DNA from: Chiloscyllium plagiosum | Lineage: Eukaryota | Length of the DNA stretch: 33,443 nucleotides | Direction: 5' to 3' | Assembly: GCF_004010195.1 (NCBI RefSeq) | Contig: NC_057754.1 | Location: forward strand, 5,569,107-5,602,549 | Part shown: positions 32,145-33,443 of the stretch, piece after piece | How the letters are laid out: every line of letters begins with the position of its first letter | Position numbering within the stretch: the first letter of the stretch is position 1 | Position numbers and translations under genes: made by a program | Notes under the pieces: model-generated | What the model saw: only the letters and a program-made list of their open reading frames with translations | Databases searched by the model: none | Told to the model about the DNA's origin: nothing

Positions 32145-32725
32145 GCTGGTGCAGCAGGTGGTGGCAAAGGCAAACTGTACATTGGCAGTTAGAAGGAGCG
32201 TCGCTCTGAAAGCTAGTGTGCTTCCGATTAAACCTGTTGGACTATAACCTGGTGTTGTGTGATTTTTAAAACTGGACATTGGCCTGGATTTGAGAATTGG
32301 AGCAGGGAAATCTTTCTGCAATTGCTCAGGCCCTTGGTGAGACCAAACACCTGGAATACTGTGTGCACTTTGGGTCTCCTTATCTGAGGAAGAATGTCCT
32401 GCTGATGAGGGGAGAGCAGTGAAGGCCAAGCAGACTGATTCCCTGGGTCGGCAGGACTGATGTATAAACAGGAGATGGGATTGGTTAGGACTGTATTCAC
32501 TGGAGTTGAGAAGAAATGGGGTTTTGGGGAGTCTTAAAGAAACCTATAAAATTCTAACAGGATGTTGCAAATAGTAGTTCAAAACCAAAGGGTCACTGTT
32601 TAAGGATACAGGGTAACCATTTAGAACTGAGACAAGGATAAATTCCTTCATCAAGTGTGTGAAATTCATGGAAAATGGTTCAGGCCAAAACAGGGAATAT
32701 TTTCAACAAGAAGTCAGATATAGTT
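32145..32725 (+). mobile_element. Decayed CR1 LINE fragment
   Basis: ALVRP..LEYCVHFGSPYLRK and RLGLYSLE remnants. Confidence 0.78.
32187..32268 (+). mobile_element. Short insertion, probably a third Penelope-like family, with 15-bp duplication
   Basis: AAACTGTACATTGGC (32172-32186) and AAACTGGACATTGGC (32269-32283); begins GAAGGAGCGTCGCTCTGAAAGCTA, a helix II plus GAAA remnant. Confidence 0.6.
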
Positions 32726-32947
32726 CGCAGGGGCAGAAGTTTCATTTACTATGCGGAAACTCTCTTCCCATCACCATCTCCAAATAAATCACCTCAAGTT
32801 TACTCTTTAAAAAGGAAAGAGTCAACTTAGTAGAGTTCTCTGTACCCAACACCTCAAAGACTTTAAGAGGAACAACATTCTCCCAAAATGGCTATGAAGG
32901 CAGCAGCAGGAATCACTCCACATTGCAGTGCCAGCTCCAGTACTCAC

Positions 32948-33012
32948 TGAGCCTTCATCTTTCTGTGTCGCCGACAATCTGTCAGACTTTCTCCTTGCTG
33001 GTAGGCCAAAAC
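32948..33012 (-). CDS. CDCA5: Sororin, first visible coding exon (65 nt): xFGLPARRKSDRLSATQKDEGS
   Basis: Acceptor aattttgtttttag, donor gtgagt, phase 1 to 0; RRKSDRL basic motif typical of sororin N-termini. The start codon exon is outside the window. Confidence 0.82.
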
Positions 33013-33264
33013 CTAAAAACAAAATTAAAGCAATGATTCTGGGCTCTAAGAAAACAACCAGTCCAGGGAGCTTTCCTGCTGGCTGAGACACTCTCATACC
33101 ATACAAAGAATATCTGTCACTAAGTATGTAAGTTAGCTCGCTGAGCTTGAAGGTTTGTTTCCAGATATTTTGTCACCGCGATGCTGAGGGATCTGAGTAG
33201 TCTGGAAGTCATACTAGGGAGGGGGTGGACAATGTCAAGGAAGGAACTGGGACTGGAGATGTGC

Positions 33265-33443
33265 AAGGGGAATTACACCAACATCCTGCAGCAGCATGAG
33301 TGGGAGTGGGATTATACAAACATTATAAGGGTGGGGTGGTATGGGGAGAGGGCTGACACCAAAATTGAGGGATTGCAGAGATGAGGGGGTGTGTGGGAGT
33401 GGGATTACACCAGCATCCTGGGGAGGGCAGTGGGATTACACCA
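33265..33443. repeat. Degenerate tandem repeat at the window edge
   Basis: G(A)GTGGGATTACACCA-like word recurs four times. Confidence 0.6.

Overview
Eukaryotic genomic DNA, most likely from a shark or other elasmobranch (inferred from HE1-type V-SINEs and HER1/CR1 LINE tails), with six assembly gaps: 2363-3251, 5043-5542, 9786-10255, 11169-11612, 17034-17891 and 26467-26839. Two spliced genes lie on the minus strand. (1) CDCA5/sororin: five phase-compatible coding exons between 33012 and the stop at 24772, with KEN box, YSR and FGF motifs and the C-terminal DEWAA..FDLLVE domain; the first exon is beyond the right edge. (2) An unnamed BEGAIN/TJAP1-family coiled-coil gene: four phase-compatible exons from an ATG at 11112 to 5837, with a long divergent N-terminus; its 3' exons are not visible. 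Its position beside CDCA5 suggests a third family paralogue with no counterpart that I know of in mammals. The rest is mostly mobile DNA: about 13 HE1 SINEs, several with an internal 53-bp TTAGGG-containing unit amplified in tandem (at least 33 copies in one); short palindromic Penelope-like insertions with minimal hammerhead-ribozyme cores and target-site duplications; CR1 and Rex1 LINE fragments; the intact-looking 3' end of a Tx1/L1-clade LINE; and an internally deleted Gypsy relic. Family names come from recognition only, with no database search. Repeat boundaries are approximate; exon boundaries were read base by base.
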